This document shows positions 33,844 through 42,492 of a stretch of 64,000 nt of DNA, piece after piece. The notes beneath the pieces are model-generated. The model was not told the origin of the DNA. It worked only from the letters and a program-made list of their open reading frames with translations, and did no database searches. This DNA is from Candidatus Kapaibacterium sp. (lineage in GTDB: Bacteria; Bacteroidota; Ignavibacteria; Kapaibacteriales; NICIL-2): positions 1,922,098 through 1,986,097 of the forward strand of contig BPHJ01000001.1 of assembly GCA_026003475.1 (NCBI GenBank), written 5' to 3'. Both the position numbers and the translations under genes were made by a program. Each line of letters starts with the position of its first letter. Position 1 is the stretch's first letter.

Positions 33844-36770
33844 ATCCTGGCTCAATCGTTCGCTGCCGCAATCGTGAATGGGTCCTTTTGCCCTCCGAGA
33901 CAGATGATGTTTGGGTGCTTCGGCCCCTTGCCGGGACGACCGAAGACATCGTCAAGGTGCACCGGGGCTTGGCGAATCTCGTCGGCTACGACCTCCCGTT
34001 CGAGCGCGTCACGTCGGCTTCGTTTCCGCTGCCCACACCCGACGACGTCGCCGATGCCGCCAGTGCGCATCTGCTCTGGCAAGCCGCGCGCCTGACGCTG
34101 CGCGAGGGCGCCACCCCGTTCCGCTCGCTCGGCCGCATCTCGATTCGCCCGCGCACCTATCAGTTTGTGCCGCTGCTCATGGCGCTCAGGCTCGACCCGG
34201 TGCGCCTTTTCATCGCGGATGATGTGGGCGTGGGCAAGACGATCGAGGCACTGCTCATCGCCCGGGAACTGCTCGATCGCGGCGAGATCCGACGCTTCTG
34301 CGTCCTCTGCCCGCCGTACTTGTGCGAGCAGTGGGCCAAGGAGCTGGCCGAGAAGTTCAACCTGGAGCCGGTAGTCATTCGCTCCGGCACCGTGAGCCAA
34401 CTGGAGCGTCAGGTGCCGCCCGGCAAAAGCATCTACGAGCACTTCCCGATCCAGGTCGCCAGCATTGACTTCGTCAAAACTGACCGCAACCGTCACCAGT
34501 TTCTCCAGTTCTGCCCTGAACTCGTGATCGTGGACGAGGCACACGGCGCGGCGGCCGCGCAAGGACGCGCTCAACAGGAACGCCACGCGCTCTTGCGCGA
34601 GGTGGCAAAACGGCCGGAACGGCACTTGATTCTGCTGACCGCCACACCGCACTCGGGCATCGAAGAGGCGTTCCGCTCGCTGCTCGGCTTGCTGCGGCCC
34701 GAGTTCGAGAACTGGAATATCGCGGATCTCGACGAAGAGCAGCGCAGCGAACTTGCCCGCCACTTCGTCCAGCGCACGCGGCGGGACATCGAGCACGGCT
34801 GGGAAGCGGGCAGCGTCTTTCCGCAGCGCGAATCACTTGACGTGACGTACGACCTCTCGGACCACTACCGTCAGCTCTTCGAGCACACCTACGCGTTCTG
34901 CTCCGAGATCGTGCGCACCGGCGAACGGCTCGAAGAACGCAAGCGGCGCGTGCGTTACTGGGGAGCGTTGGCCCTTTTGCGCTGCGTGATGTCGAGCCCT
35001 GCGGCGGCCATCGCAGCGCTCGCCAACCGGCAGGGCACAGTCGCGTTCGAGGACGAAGACGAACCCGAGTTTCGCCCCTTCGTGTTCGAGTTGGCGGACG
35101 AGCGCACCGACGATGAATCCCCCACGCCGCCGGTGGAAGCCGCCGAGGCCACCCTCGCCGAGACCGAGCGCCGTCGGCTGCGCGATCTCGCACAGCTCGC
35201 CACTGAGCTTTGTGGGCCGACGCACGACACCAAACTCGCCCGCGCCATAGAACTCGTGCAACAACTCCTCGAGGAAGGCTTCCACCCGATCCTCTGGTGC
35301 CGCTATGTGGCTACGGCTGAATACCTCGCTGAGCATTTGCGCACAGCACTACCTGCCGATGCCCAGGTGGTCTGCGTGACCGGCCGCCTCGGCGACGACG
35401 AGCGCCAAGCCAAGATCGAGGAGATCGACCCCGACCGCCCCCGCGTGCTCGTGGCAACCGACTGCCTCTCGGAAGGGGTCAATCTGCAGGAGAAATTCAC
35501 GGCGGTCGTGCACTACGACCTCCCCTGGAACCCGAACCGGCTCGAGCAGCGCGAAGGGCGCGTGGACCGCTACGGGCAGCCCGCCAAGCGGGTCAAGGCG
35601 GTGCGGTTCTTCGGGCGGGACAACCCCGTCGACGGCGTGGTCATCGAGGTGCTTCTCGACAAGGCGCGGGAGATCCACCGCACGCTGGGTACGCATGTGC
35701 CCGTTCCCGAAGAAAGCGAAAGCGTCACCCAGGCTGTGCTCGAGGCGCTTTTCCTGCGCGGCGGGCGGCGGGCGGCCACCCAGCAGCTCGTGCTCGACCT
35801 TGGTGTTCCGCAGGTGACCGAACTCCACCGCCGTTGGGAGCGCGATGCCGAACGCGAGCGCATCAACCGCACCCGCTTTGCCCAGCGGACGCTCAAGCCC
35901 GAAGAAGTCCAGCGTGAACTCGAAGCCACCGACGCCGTGCTCGGGGATCCGGGTGCGGTGCGCGAATTTGTGCTCACAGCAGCCCAGCGCGTGGGCTTGT
36001 CCATCACGATAGATCGCCGTCCCGGCGTCTATCGCGTGGCCGTATCGCCTGAGGCACTGGCGACTGTACCCGAACCGATCCGCCTTGCCCTCTCTCACCA
36101 TTCGCTATTCGCTATTCGCCATTCGCCCTCCCACTGGCTCATCAGCTTCGACTCGCCCACGCCCGAAGGCGCCGAGTACCTCGGCCGCAATCACCGCGTT
36201 GTGGCCGCGCTCGCGCGTATCCTCTTCGAGGAGGCGCTGCGGGGAGCGAGTAGCGAGTGGCGAGCGGCGAGTAGTGACAAGAGAGTCAGCCGGTGTGGCG
36301 TTATCCGCACACGTGCAGTGGCAACTCTCACAACGATCCTTTTGCTTCGCGTGCGTTACCTGATTGAGCAACCGCAGACAAGGCCGCTGCTTTCCGAAGA
36401 GGTACTCGTGGTGGGGTATCGCGATCGTGGGAAGAACCAGGTGGAGTGGCTCGAGGATAGCATGGCGCTGCAGCTGCTCGCTGAGGCAAAGCCTGATGCC
36501 AACATTCCGATGACGGAGAAGCGGGAGTTGGTGGAGCGAGCGCTCCGCGCACTAAGTGAATGGCGAATCGCGAATGGCGAATGGGGTAAAGAACATCCGA
36601 TCCAGCGAGCGATCCGGGATCGGGTGGCCCAACGCGCCAGCGAGTTGGCCGATGCTCACAAGCGCATTCGTCAAGCCGTGTCGCTGCGCGTGCGAGGGCT
36701 CGAGGTCAAGCCGCAGTTCCCGCCAGATCTTATAGGAATTCTCGTGTTGCAACCCATGGTGCAGCCATGA
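33840..36770 (+). CDS. SNF2-family helicase (DISARM DrmD-like)
   Basis: IADDVGVGKT, DEAH, LTATPHSG, YDLPWNPNRLEQREGRVDRYGQ. Confidence 0.9.
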   Translation: MNPGSIVRCRNREWVLLPSETDDVWVLRPLAGTTEDIVKVHRGLANLVGYDLPFERVTSASFPLPTPDDVADAASAHLLWQAARLTLREGATPFRSLGRISIRPRTYQFVPLLMALRLDPVRLFIADDVGVGKTIEALLIARELLDRGEIRRFCVLCPPYLCEQWAKELAEKFNLEPVVIRSGTVSQLERQVPPGKSIYEHFPIQVASIDFVKTDRNRHQFLQFCPELVIVDEAHGAAAAQGRAQQERHALLREVAKRPERHLILLTATPHSGIEEAFRSLLGLLRPEFENWNIADLDEEQRSELARHFVQRTRRDIEHGWEAGSVFPQRESLDVTYDLSDHYRQLFEHTYAFCSEIVRTGERLEERKRRVRYWGALALLRCVMSSPAAAIAALANRQGTVAFEDEDEPEFRPFVFELADERTDDESPTPPVEAAEATLAETERRRLRDLAQLATELCGPTHDTKLARAIELVQQLLEEGFHPILWCRYVATAEYLAEHLRTALPADAQVVCVTGRLGDDERQAKIEEIDPDRPRVLVATDCLSEGVNLQEKFTAVVHYDLPWNPNRLEQREGRVDRYGQPAKRVKAVRFFGRDNPVDGVVIEVLLDKAREIHRTLGTHVPVPEESESVTQAVLEALFLRGGRRAATQQLVLDLGVPQVTELHRRWERDAERERINRTRFAQRTLKPEEVQRELEATDAVLGDPGAVREFVLTAAQRVGLSITIDRRPGVYRVAVSPEALATVPEPIRLALSHHSLFAIRHSPSHWLISFDSPTPEGAEYLGRNHRVVAALARILFEEALRGASSEWRAASSDKRVSRCGVIRTRAVATLTTILLLRVRYLIEQPQTRPLLSEEVLVVGYRDRGKNQVEWLEDSMALQLLAEAKPDANIPMTEKRELVERALRALSEWRIANGEWGKEHPIQRAIRDRVAQRASELADAHKRIRQAVSLRVRGLEVKPQFPPDLIGILVLQPMVQP
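36099..36126. repeat. Heptamer array, 4 x [C/T]ATTCGC
   Basis: Read directly; translates HSLFAIRHSP. Confidence 0.95.
36246..36273. repeat. Heptamer array, 4 x GCGAG[T/C][A/G]
   Basis: Read directly; translates ASSEWRAAS. Confidence 0.85.
36556..36583. repeat. Heptamer array, 4 x G[C/T]GAAT[G/C]
   Basis: Read directly; translates SEWRIANGEW. Confidence 0.9.
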
Positions 36771-39700
36771 GCCTGTTTCCCGGAATCCGTATCGAAGGCG
36801 GCCTGCTCGGGCCGGACACCCTGGACCAGATTCTCACCGGCGAGCTTCCCGGGCAGAGGCTGTCCGACTTTGGCCTCGATGGGCGACGAACGCTCACTGA
36901 CGAAATCGCCAGCGCCTTTGCCGATGCGCGCGCCCAGTGGGAGGTGCTCAAGCGCCGGCTGGAGCGTCTGCCGGAGTCAGACGTGGCCACCTCGGTCACG
37001 CGCGATACGTGGGTGGTCCCGTTCCTGAGCCTCTTAGGCTACGAGCTCCGCTACAACCCGCGCGCCTACGAGCTGGACGGCGCGACCTTCGCCATCTCCC
37101 ACCGAGCGGGGGAGGCTGAAGACGCCCCGCCGGTTCACATCGTCGGTGCCCGGCAAGAGCTGGGGCGCGTTGCCCCTACCGGTCGCCCGAGGCTGGCCCC
37201 GCACTCCCTGGTCCAGGAGTTCTTGAACCGCAGCGAGCACCTCTGGGGCATCGCCACCAACGGGCTCACCCTGCGCCTGCTACGCGACTCGACCTACGTC
37301 CGCCGCCAAGCTTACGTGGAGTTCGACCTCCAGCAGATTTTCGAGGAGCAGCGCTTCAACGACTTTGCCGTTCTCTACCGCCTCCTGCACCGCAGCCGCC
37401 TGCCCCGCTCGGCCGCGGAGGCGCGGGATTGCTTGCTCGAGCAGTACCACCAGCACGCCGTCGAGCAGGGCGGGCGGGTACGCGATCGCCTCCGCGACGG
37501 CGTCGAGGAGTGCATCAAGCGCCTGGCCAACGGCTTTCTGGCACACCCGGACAATGGCGAGCTGAGAGCGCGAATAGCGAATAGCGAATGGCGAATAGAA
37601 GGTCAGACTGAAGCACCATTCGCTATTCGCCATTCGCCATTCGCTCAAGACTTCTACCGGCAGCTCCTGCGCCTGGTCTATCGCTTCTTGTTCCTCCTCG
37701 TTTCCGAAGATCGCGGGCTCATCAGCGCCGAGCCGCTCTACCGCGAGCACTATGGCGTGGCCCGGCTGCGACGCCTCTGCGAACGACGAAGCAACTACAC
37801 CGAGCACGACGACCTCTGGTGCAGCCTGAGAGTGCTGTGGAAGGTGCTCTCCGACGAGCGACTGGCCGGCCTCCTGGGGGCTGCGCCCTTGAACGGAGAA
37901 CTCTTTGCGCCTCTTGCACTGGACCACTGCACCATCACCAACCGCGACTTCCTCGAGGCATTCTGGCACCTGGCGTACTACCGCGAAACGCCTTCTGCGC
38001 CGCCCCGCCGAGTCAACTACGCCGCCCTGGATGTCGAAGAACTCGGCTCGGTCTATGAGAGCCTGCTAGATTACCACCCAGTGATCGAAGCGAATGGCGA
38101 ATGGCGAATAGCGAATGGCCTCAGGTTCGATTTGGTGTTCGGTTCGGAGCGCAAGAGCACGGGTTCGTACTACACGCCGCCGGAACTGGTCACCGAACTC
38201 ATCCGCTCAGCGCTGGAGCCGGTGATCGAAGAGCGACTGGCGGAAGCTAAGCGAATGGCGAATAGCGAATGGCGAATGGTGTCAAAAAACATCCGAGAGA
38301 AGTTCATCCATGAAGTCTTTCCAAGATTATCGCGACCTGGAGGTCTGGCAAAAGGCGATGCAGGTGGTCAAAAAGGTTTACCTGCTGACCAAGGACTTTC
38401 CCCCGTCGGAACTGTACGGCCTGACCAGCCAGATGCGACGAGCAGCCATCTCGATCCCGGCGAACATCGCCGAGGGCTGGGGACGCCGTTACACAGCGGA
38501 GTTCATCCAGTTTCTGCGTCAAGCGAACGGGAGCCGGACAGAGCTGGAGACACTTCTTCTCCTGAGCATGGAAGTCGGGCTGTGCCCTCAGGAGGAAGTA
38601 GCGTGTCCGATTCTGGAAGACCTTCAGCTCATCGGGAGGCAACTGAACAACTTGGAACGCAGCCTCCAACGGAGAAAGAACTCACCATAGCCTGGGAATC
38701 CACTCCATTCGCTATTCGCTATTCGCTATTCGCCCAGCACGCTCTGTTGAGCGTGCGTGTCCTCGATCCCGCCTGCGGCTCCGGCCACTTCCTGCTCGCT
38801 GCCGCCCGCCGGTTGGGGAAAGAGCTTGCACGCATCCGCACCGGCGAAGACGAACCCGCCCCGGAGCGGGTGCGCGAAGCGATCCGTGACGTTGTGGCGC
38901 ACTGCATCTACGGCGTGGACAAGAACCCGCTCGCCGTCGAGCTCTGCAAAGTCGCTCTGTGGCTTGAAGCCCACTGCTCGGGCAAGCCGCTGACGTTCCT
39001 CGACCACCGCATCCGCTGCGGCGATTCCCTCGTGGGGGTCTTCGACCTCGGCGTGCTTGAACGCGGCATCCCCGACGAGGCATTCACTCCCGCCGGCACC
39101 GACGCGAAAGAGACTGCGGGCCTCCTCAAAAAGCGCAACCGCACCGAGCGTCGCGATCTCGAGAGCGGGCAACTGCGCCTGCCGCTTGTGCCTGCGCACG
39201 TCGTGGACGCTTTGGGCAGGAAGCACCACGACATCGAAGCGATCGCCGACGACTCCCCCGCCGCCGTGCGCGAGAAAAAGAGTCGCTACGACCGCCTGCT
39301 GGCCGATCCTGAGCGGCTCCGCGTCGCCGAAGCCTGCGACCTCTGGACCGCCGCGTTCTTCCAGCGCTTTACGCCCGGGCTGGCCACATCGCCAGCCGCG
39401 ATCACCACGGACGGTGTGACCGATCGCCTCGCTGACCGAGCGCATCCCCAGGCGCTCGCCGCCGCACGGGCGCTTGCTGAGCACCACCGCTTCTTCCACT
39501 GGCCACTGGAGTTCCCCGAAGTTTTTCAGCGAATAGCGAATAGGGGGGAAAAAGAGCGAATAGCGAATAGCGAAGTGGCGAATAGCGGAGAAAGAGAGCG
39601 AATAGCGAATAGCGAAGTGGCGAATGGTGAAACCGATGACCCATTCGCTATTCGCCATTCGCCATTCGCCGAACCGCGCCATTCGCCATTCGCCGCTCCT

Positions 39701-41182
39701 ATTCGCCATTCCCCATTCGCCAACTCCGGCTTCGATGTGGTGCTCGGCAATCCCCCCTTCATGGGCGGGCTCAAAATCAGCGGTGCCCTTGGGGACAAGT
39801 ACCGCCACTGGCTGGAGGTGGCTTATGAGCCCTACGGCGGCACGGCGGACCTGTGCGCCGCTTTCTACCGCCGCGCCTACAGCCTGCTCAAGCCCGGCGG
39901 GCGCCTGGGCATGGTCGCCACCAACACCATCGGCCAGGGCGACACCCGCGAGAGCGGGCTCGCCGTGATCCTCCAAGAGGATGGCACCATCACCTTTGCC
40001 CGCCGCTTCATCAAGTGGCCCGGCGCCGCCAATGTGGAAGTGAATCTCGTCGCCCTCCACAAACCCCACCATTCGCCACTCGCCACTCACCATTCGCCAT
40101 TCGCCATTCGCCATTCGCCGATCCTCGATGGCCAACCTGTGGACTTCATCTCCTCCCGCCTCGATGCCGACCCCGAAGCTGAACCCAAACGCCTCCCGCA
40201 AAACGAAGGCAAGGCGTTCCAGGGCGACATCGTGCGCGGTATGGGCTTTGTGCTGGAGCCGGAGGAGGCGGAAGCGCTGCTGGCCAAAGACCCGCGCAAC
40301 GCCGACTGCCTTTTCCCCTATCTGAACGGCGAGGACCTGAACAGCCACCCGGAGCAAAAGCCCAGCCGCTACGTGATTTGCTTCCACGACTGGGACCTGA
40401 AGCGCGCATGTCAATACCCCGACCTGCTGCGCATTGTGGAAGAGAGGGTAAAGCCTGAGCGAGAGCGGCTCCGGGGACCGGGCGACAAGCGCAACCGCGA
40501 ATACTGGTGGCAGTTCGGCGCTTACCGCGCTGGCATGCGCCGCGCCATCATCCCCCTCAAGCGGGTGCTGGTGCGAAGCCGCGTGAGTGAGTTGCATGCG
40601 ATCGCATTTGTCCCAAAAGGGTACGTTTACGGCGATGCAACGGTCGCCTTCGCCTTCGACGACGACTACCACTTCGCCCTGCTGCAATCCAGCGTGCATG
40701 AGGTGTGGGTATGGCGGCAAGCATCCAGCCTTGAGTCGCGAAATCGCTATACGCCCACGGACTGTTTTGACACCTTTCCGTTTCCGCCGGGGGAGTATGA
40801 GCGAATAGCGAATAGCGAATGGCGAATAGCGAATAGCGAATGGCGAGTGGAGGAGATGCCGGAGGCGTTTCAGCGGGCGGCGCGGGTGGGAGCAGGGTAC
40901 CACGAGCACCGGCGGCAAATCATGCTTTCCCGCCAACTCGGGCTCACGAAAATCTACAACCTCTTTCACGACCCGGCCTGCCAGGATGCGGACATCCAGC
41001 GCCTGCGCGAGCTGCACGCCGAGATGGACCGCGCCATCCTGGCTTGCTACGGCTGGGAAGATGTAGATTTGCGTTATGATTTCTACCCCAACGATCGCGG
41101 GCAGATGCGCTACACCGTTGCGCCCGAGGCGCGGCGGGAGCTTCTGCGGCGGTTGATAGAGCTGAATTTGAGGCTTGCGTGA
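36767..41182 (+). CDS. Eco57I/MmeI-type N6-adenine methyltransferase (DrmMI-like/type IIG) with in-frame repeat inserts
   Basis: ERKSTGSYYTP, motif I VLDPACGSGHFL, motif IV FDVVLGNPPF, MmeI-like specificity region (YWWQF, RYTPTDCFDTFPFP). Confidence 0.92.
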   Translation: MSLFPGIRIEGGLLGPDTLDQILTGELPGQRLSDFGLDGRRTLTDEIASAFADARAQWEVLKRRLERLPESDVATSVTRDTWVVPFLSLLGYELRYNPRAYELDGATFAISHRAGEAEDAPPVHIVGARQELGRVAPTGRPRLAPHSLVQEFLNRSEHLWGIATNGLTLRLLRDSTYVRRQAYVEFDLQQIFEEQRFNDFAVLYRLLHRSRLPRSAAEARDCLLEQYHQHAVEQGGRVRDRLRDGVEECIKRLANGFLAHPDNGELRARIANSEWRIEGQTEAPFAIRHSPFAQDFYRQLLRLVYRFLFLLVSEDRGLISAEPLYREHYGVARLRRLCERRSNYTEHDDLWCSLRVLWKVLSDERLAGLLGAAPLNGELFAPLALDHCTITNRDFLEAFWHLAYYRETPSAPPRRVNYAALDVEELGSVYESLLDYHPVIEANGEWRIANGLRFDLVFGSERKSTGSYYTPPELVTELIRSALEPVIEERLAEAKRMANSEWRMVSKNIREKFIHEVFPRLSRPGGLAKGDAGGQKGLPADQGLSPVGTVRPDQPDATSSHLDPGEHRRGLGTPLHSGVHPVSASSEREPDRAGDTSSPEHGSRAVPSGGSSVSDSGRPSAHREATEQLGTQPPTEKELTIAWESTPFAIRYSLFAQHALLSVRVLDPACGSGHFLLAAARRLGKELARIRTGEDEPAPERVREAIRDVVAHCIYGVDKNPLAVELCKVALWLEAHCSGKPLTFLDHRIRCGDSLVGVFDLGVLERGIPDEAFTPAGTDAKETAGLLKKRNRTERRDLESGQLRLPLVPAHVVDALGRKHHDIEAIADDSPAAVREKKSRYDRLLADPERLRVAEACDLWTAAFFQRFTPGLATSPAAITTDGVTDRLADRAHPQALAAARALAEHHRFFHWPLEFPEVFQRIANRGEKERIANSEVANSGERERIANSEVANGETDDPFAIRHSPFAEPRHSPFAAPIRHSPFANSGFDVVLGNPPFMGGLKISGALGDKYRHWLEVAYEPYGGTADLCAAFYRRAYSLLKPGGRLGMVATNTIGQGDTRESGLAVILQEDGTITFARRFIKWPGAANVEVNLVALHKPHHSPLATHHSPFAIRHSPILDGQPVDFISSRLDADPEAEPKRLPQNEGKAFQGDIVRGMGFVLEPEEAEALLAKDPRNADCLFPYLNGEDLNSHPEQKPSRYVICFHDWDLKRACQYPDLLRIVEERVKPERERLRGPGDKRNREYWWQFGAYRAGMRRAIIPLKRVLVRSRVSELHAIAFVPKGYVYGDATVAFAFDDDYHFALLQSSVHEVWVWRQASSLESRNRYTPTDCFDTFPFPPGEYERIANSEWRIANSEWRVEEMPEAFQRAARVGAGYHEHRRQIMLSRQLGLTKIYNLFHDPACQDADIQRLRELHAEMDRAILACYGWEDVDLRYDFYPNDRGQMRYTVAPEARRELLRRLIELNLRLA
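37570..37644. repeat. 75-bp hairpin insert: 4 x GCGAAT[A/G], 19-nt spacer, 4 x [C/T]ATTCGC
   Basis: Read directly; in frame in the MTase. Confidence 0.95.
38090..38117. repeat. Solo heptamer array, 4 x GCGAAT[A/G]
   Basis: Read directly. Confidence 0.95.
38251..38733 (+). mobile_element. 483-bp intervening-sequence-like element: inverted heptamer arrays (38251-38278, 38706-38733) flanking a four-helix-bundle gene
   Basis: Four forward and four inverse units bound the nested gene; removal restores an MTase-like EERLAEANQHALLSVRVLDPACGSG; mobility is inferred. Confidence 0.7.
38310..38690 (+). CDS. Four helix bundle protein (23S rRNA IVS protein/TIGR02436 family, Avd-like), nested in the +1 frame of the MTase
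   Basis: YRDLEVWQKAM...FPPSELYGLTSQMRRAAISIPANIAEGWGR...FIQFLRQANGSRTELET family signature. Confidence 0.93.
   Translation: MKSFQDYRDLEVWQKAMQVVKKVYLLTKDFPPSELYGLTSQMRRAAISIPANIAEGWGRRYTAEFIQFLRQANGSRTELETLLLLSMEVGLCPQEEVACPILEDLQLIGRQLNNLERSLQRRKNSP
39529..39720. repeat. 192-bp compound hairpin insert of inverted heptamer arrays just before motif IV
   Basis: Forward GCGAATA blocks then inverse CATTCGC blocks; removal gives EFPEVFHNSGFDVVLGNPPF. Confidence 0.93.
40070..40118. repeat. Heptamer array, 7 x CA[T/C]TC[G/A]C
   Basis: Read directly. Confidence 0.95.
40801..40849. repeat. Heptamer array, 7 x GCGA[A/G]T[A/G]
   Basis: Read directly. Confidence 0.95.
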
Positions 41183-42171
41183 TGAAGGCCCGTAGTCGAG
41201 AGTTACTGGACCGTGCTATCGCGGCGATGGTCGCGGCCATCGAAATCTATAACAAGCCCGATTTCTCCTACCGGGCGGAATCGTTCGCGATCCTGGCGAC
41301 GAATGCCTGGGAATTGCTCCTGAAGGCCAAATGGCTCGCAGAGCACAACAACCGCATCTCCTGCCTGTACGTCCGTCAGGGAGGCGGCACGAAACGGAAG
41401 CGGATCAAGAAGACGGCGGCCGGGAACCCGATGACCCACAGCCTCGATTATCTGGCGAGCAAGCTTCGCGAGCAGGGAGCGCTGAACGAGCAGGCGTACC
41501 GTAACCTGAGGATTCTGAGCGAGTTCCGCGATTCGGCGGTGCATTTCTATCACCAGAATCCGCAGTTCGCGGAGCGACTGCAGGAAATCGGTGCGGCGGC
41601 AGTCAAGAACTTCAGCTCTGCGGCTCGGGAATGGTTCAAGGCCGAGCTCTCGCGGTACAACTTCTACCTCCTGCCCCTCGCCTTCGTATCGCCACTACAG
41701 TCAGCGGAGGGAGTCATACTCAGCGGTGAGGAGAAGCGGTTTCTGAAGTTCGTGAACGGGCTGAGTCAGGATGATCACGACCCCGCTTCGCCATATTCGG
41801 TTGCCGTGAATGTGGAGGTGCGGTTCGTTAAATCAAAGTCAGCCACCGCCGCCCCGGTAAGGATCACCACCGACCCAACGGCGCCCGCGGTCCGCCTGAC
41901 GGAGGAGCAGATAAGAGAAAAATACCCATGGGACTACGCGGAGCTAACGAAAAAGTGTCAGAAGCGCTATTCGAACTTCAAGGTTGACCGAGATTATCAT
42001 CGGTTGAGAAAGTCGCTGGAGTCGGACTTGCGATATGCGCACGTTCGCTTGCTCGATCCAGCGAAGCCGAACAGTCAGAAGAAGCTCTTTTTCAACCCCA
42101 ACATCCTGCAAGAATTCGACAAGCACTATGCCCCTAAAACAGACGGTGGCCGGGCGCAGACGCCTAATTAG
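41179..42171 (+). CDS. DUF3644-like protein (possible HEPN-like RxxxxH)
   Basis: AIEIYNKPDFSYRAESFAILATNAWELLLKA; RDSAVH. Confidence 0.75.
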   Translation: MMKARSRELLDRAIAAMVAAIEIYNKPDFSYRAESFAILATNAWELLLKAKWLAEHNNRISCLYVRQGGGTKRKRIKKTAAGNPMTHSLDYLASKLREQGALNEQAYRNLRILSEFRDSAVHFYHQNPQFAERLQEIGAAAVKNFSSAAREWFKAELSRYNFYLLPLAFVSPLQSAEGVILSGEEKRFLKFVNGLSQDDHDPASPYSVAVNVEVRFVKSKSATAAPVRITTDPTAPAVRLTEEQIREKYPWDYAELTKKCQKRYSNFKVDRDYHRLRKSLESDLRYAHVRLLDPAKPNSQKKLFFNPNILQEFDKHYAPKTDGGRAQTPN

Positions 42172-42232
42172 GCGACAGGGCGCGAGTGAGCATGAACGTG
42201 CTCAATTTCCATCCGTTGGTTTTTGACGTCTC

Positions 42233-42364
42233 CGCGACGCCGTGGCCTACATCCTGGACCAATTCCCCATCGTCCGGCGCAAGGATGAGGAGCGCTATGG
42301 CACGTATCGCACGAAGGAGATGATCCTGCAGCTCTACGATGCGATGCAGCATAGGCGGAGCTGA
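42233..42364 (+). pseudogene. Orphan 3' end of an Eco57I-type MTase, copy 1
   Basis: [43 protein letters not shown]. Confidence 0.8.
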
Positions 42365-42366
42365 GA

Positions 42367-42401
42367 AACTCCCCGCTCACCACTCACCACTCGCCGCTCG
42401 C
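42367..42401. repeat. Degenerate intergenic heptamer array (5 units, starts AACTCCC)
   Basis: AACTCCC CGCTCAC CACTCAC CACTCGC CGCTCGC. Confidence 0.85.
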
Positions 42402-42492
42402 CATTTTTGCCAGGCGGATGTCCTTCGGAAAAGAACGTTATTTTCGCCATGTGACCTTTACAGAAGGACACACGATTGCTAACCTGTCCGCC

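Noticed and set aside
38251-38733. Intein or classical IS element
   Set aside because: No C/S...HN splice residues, no transposase motifs and no evident target-site duplication.
38726-41017. 763-aa antisense ORF opposite the MTase
   Set aside because: No recognisable motifs; typical shadow ORF of GC-rich codon usage.
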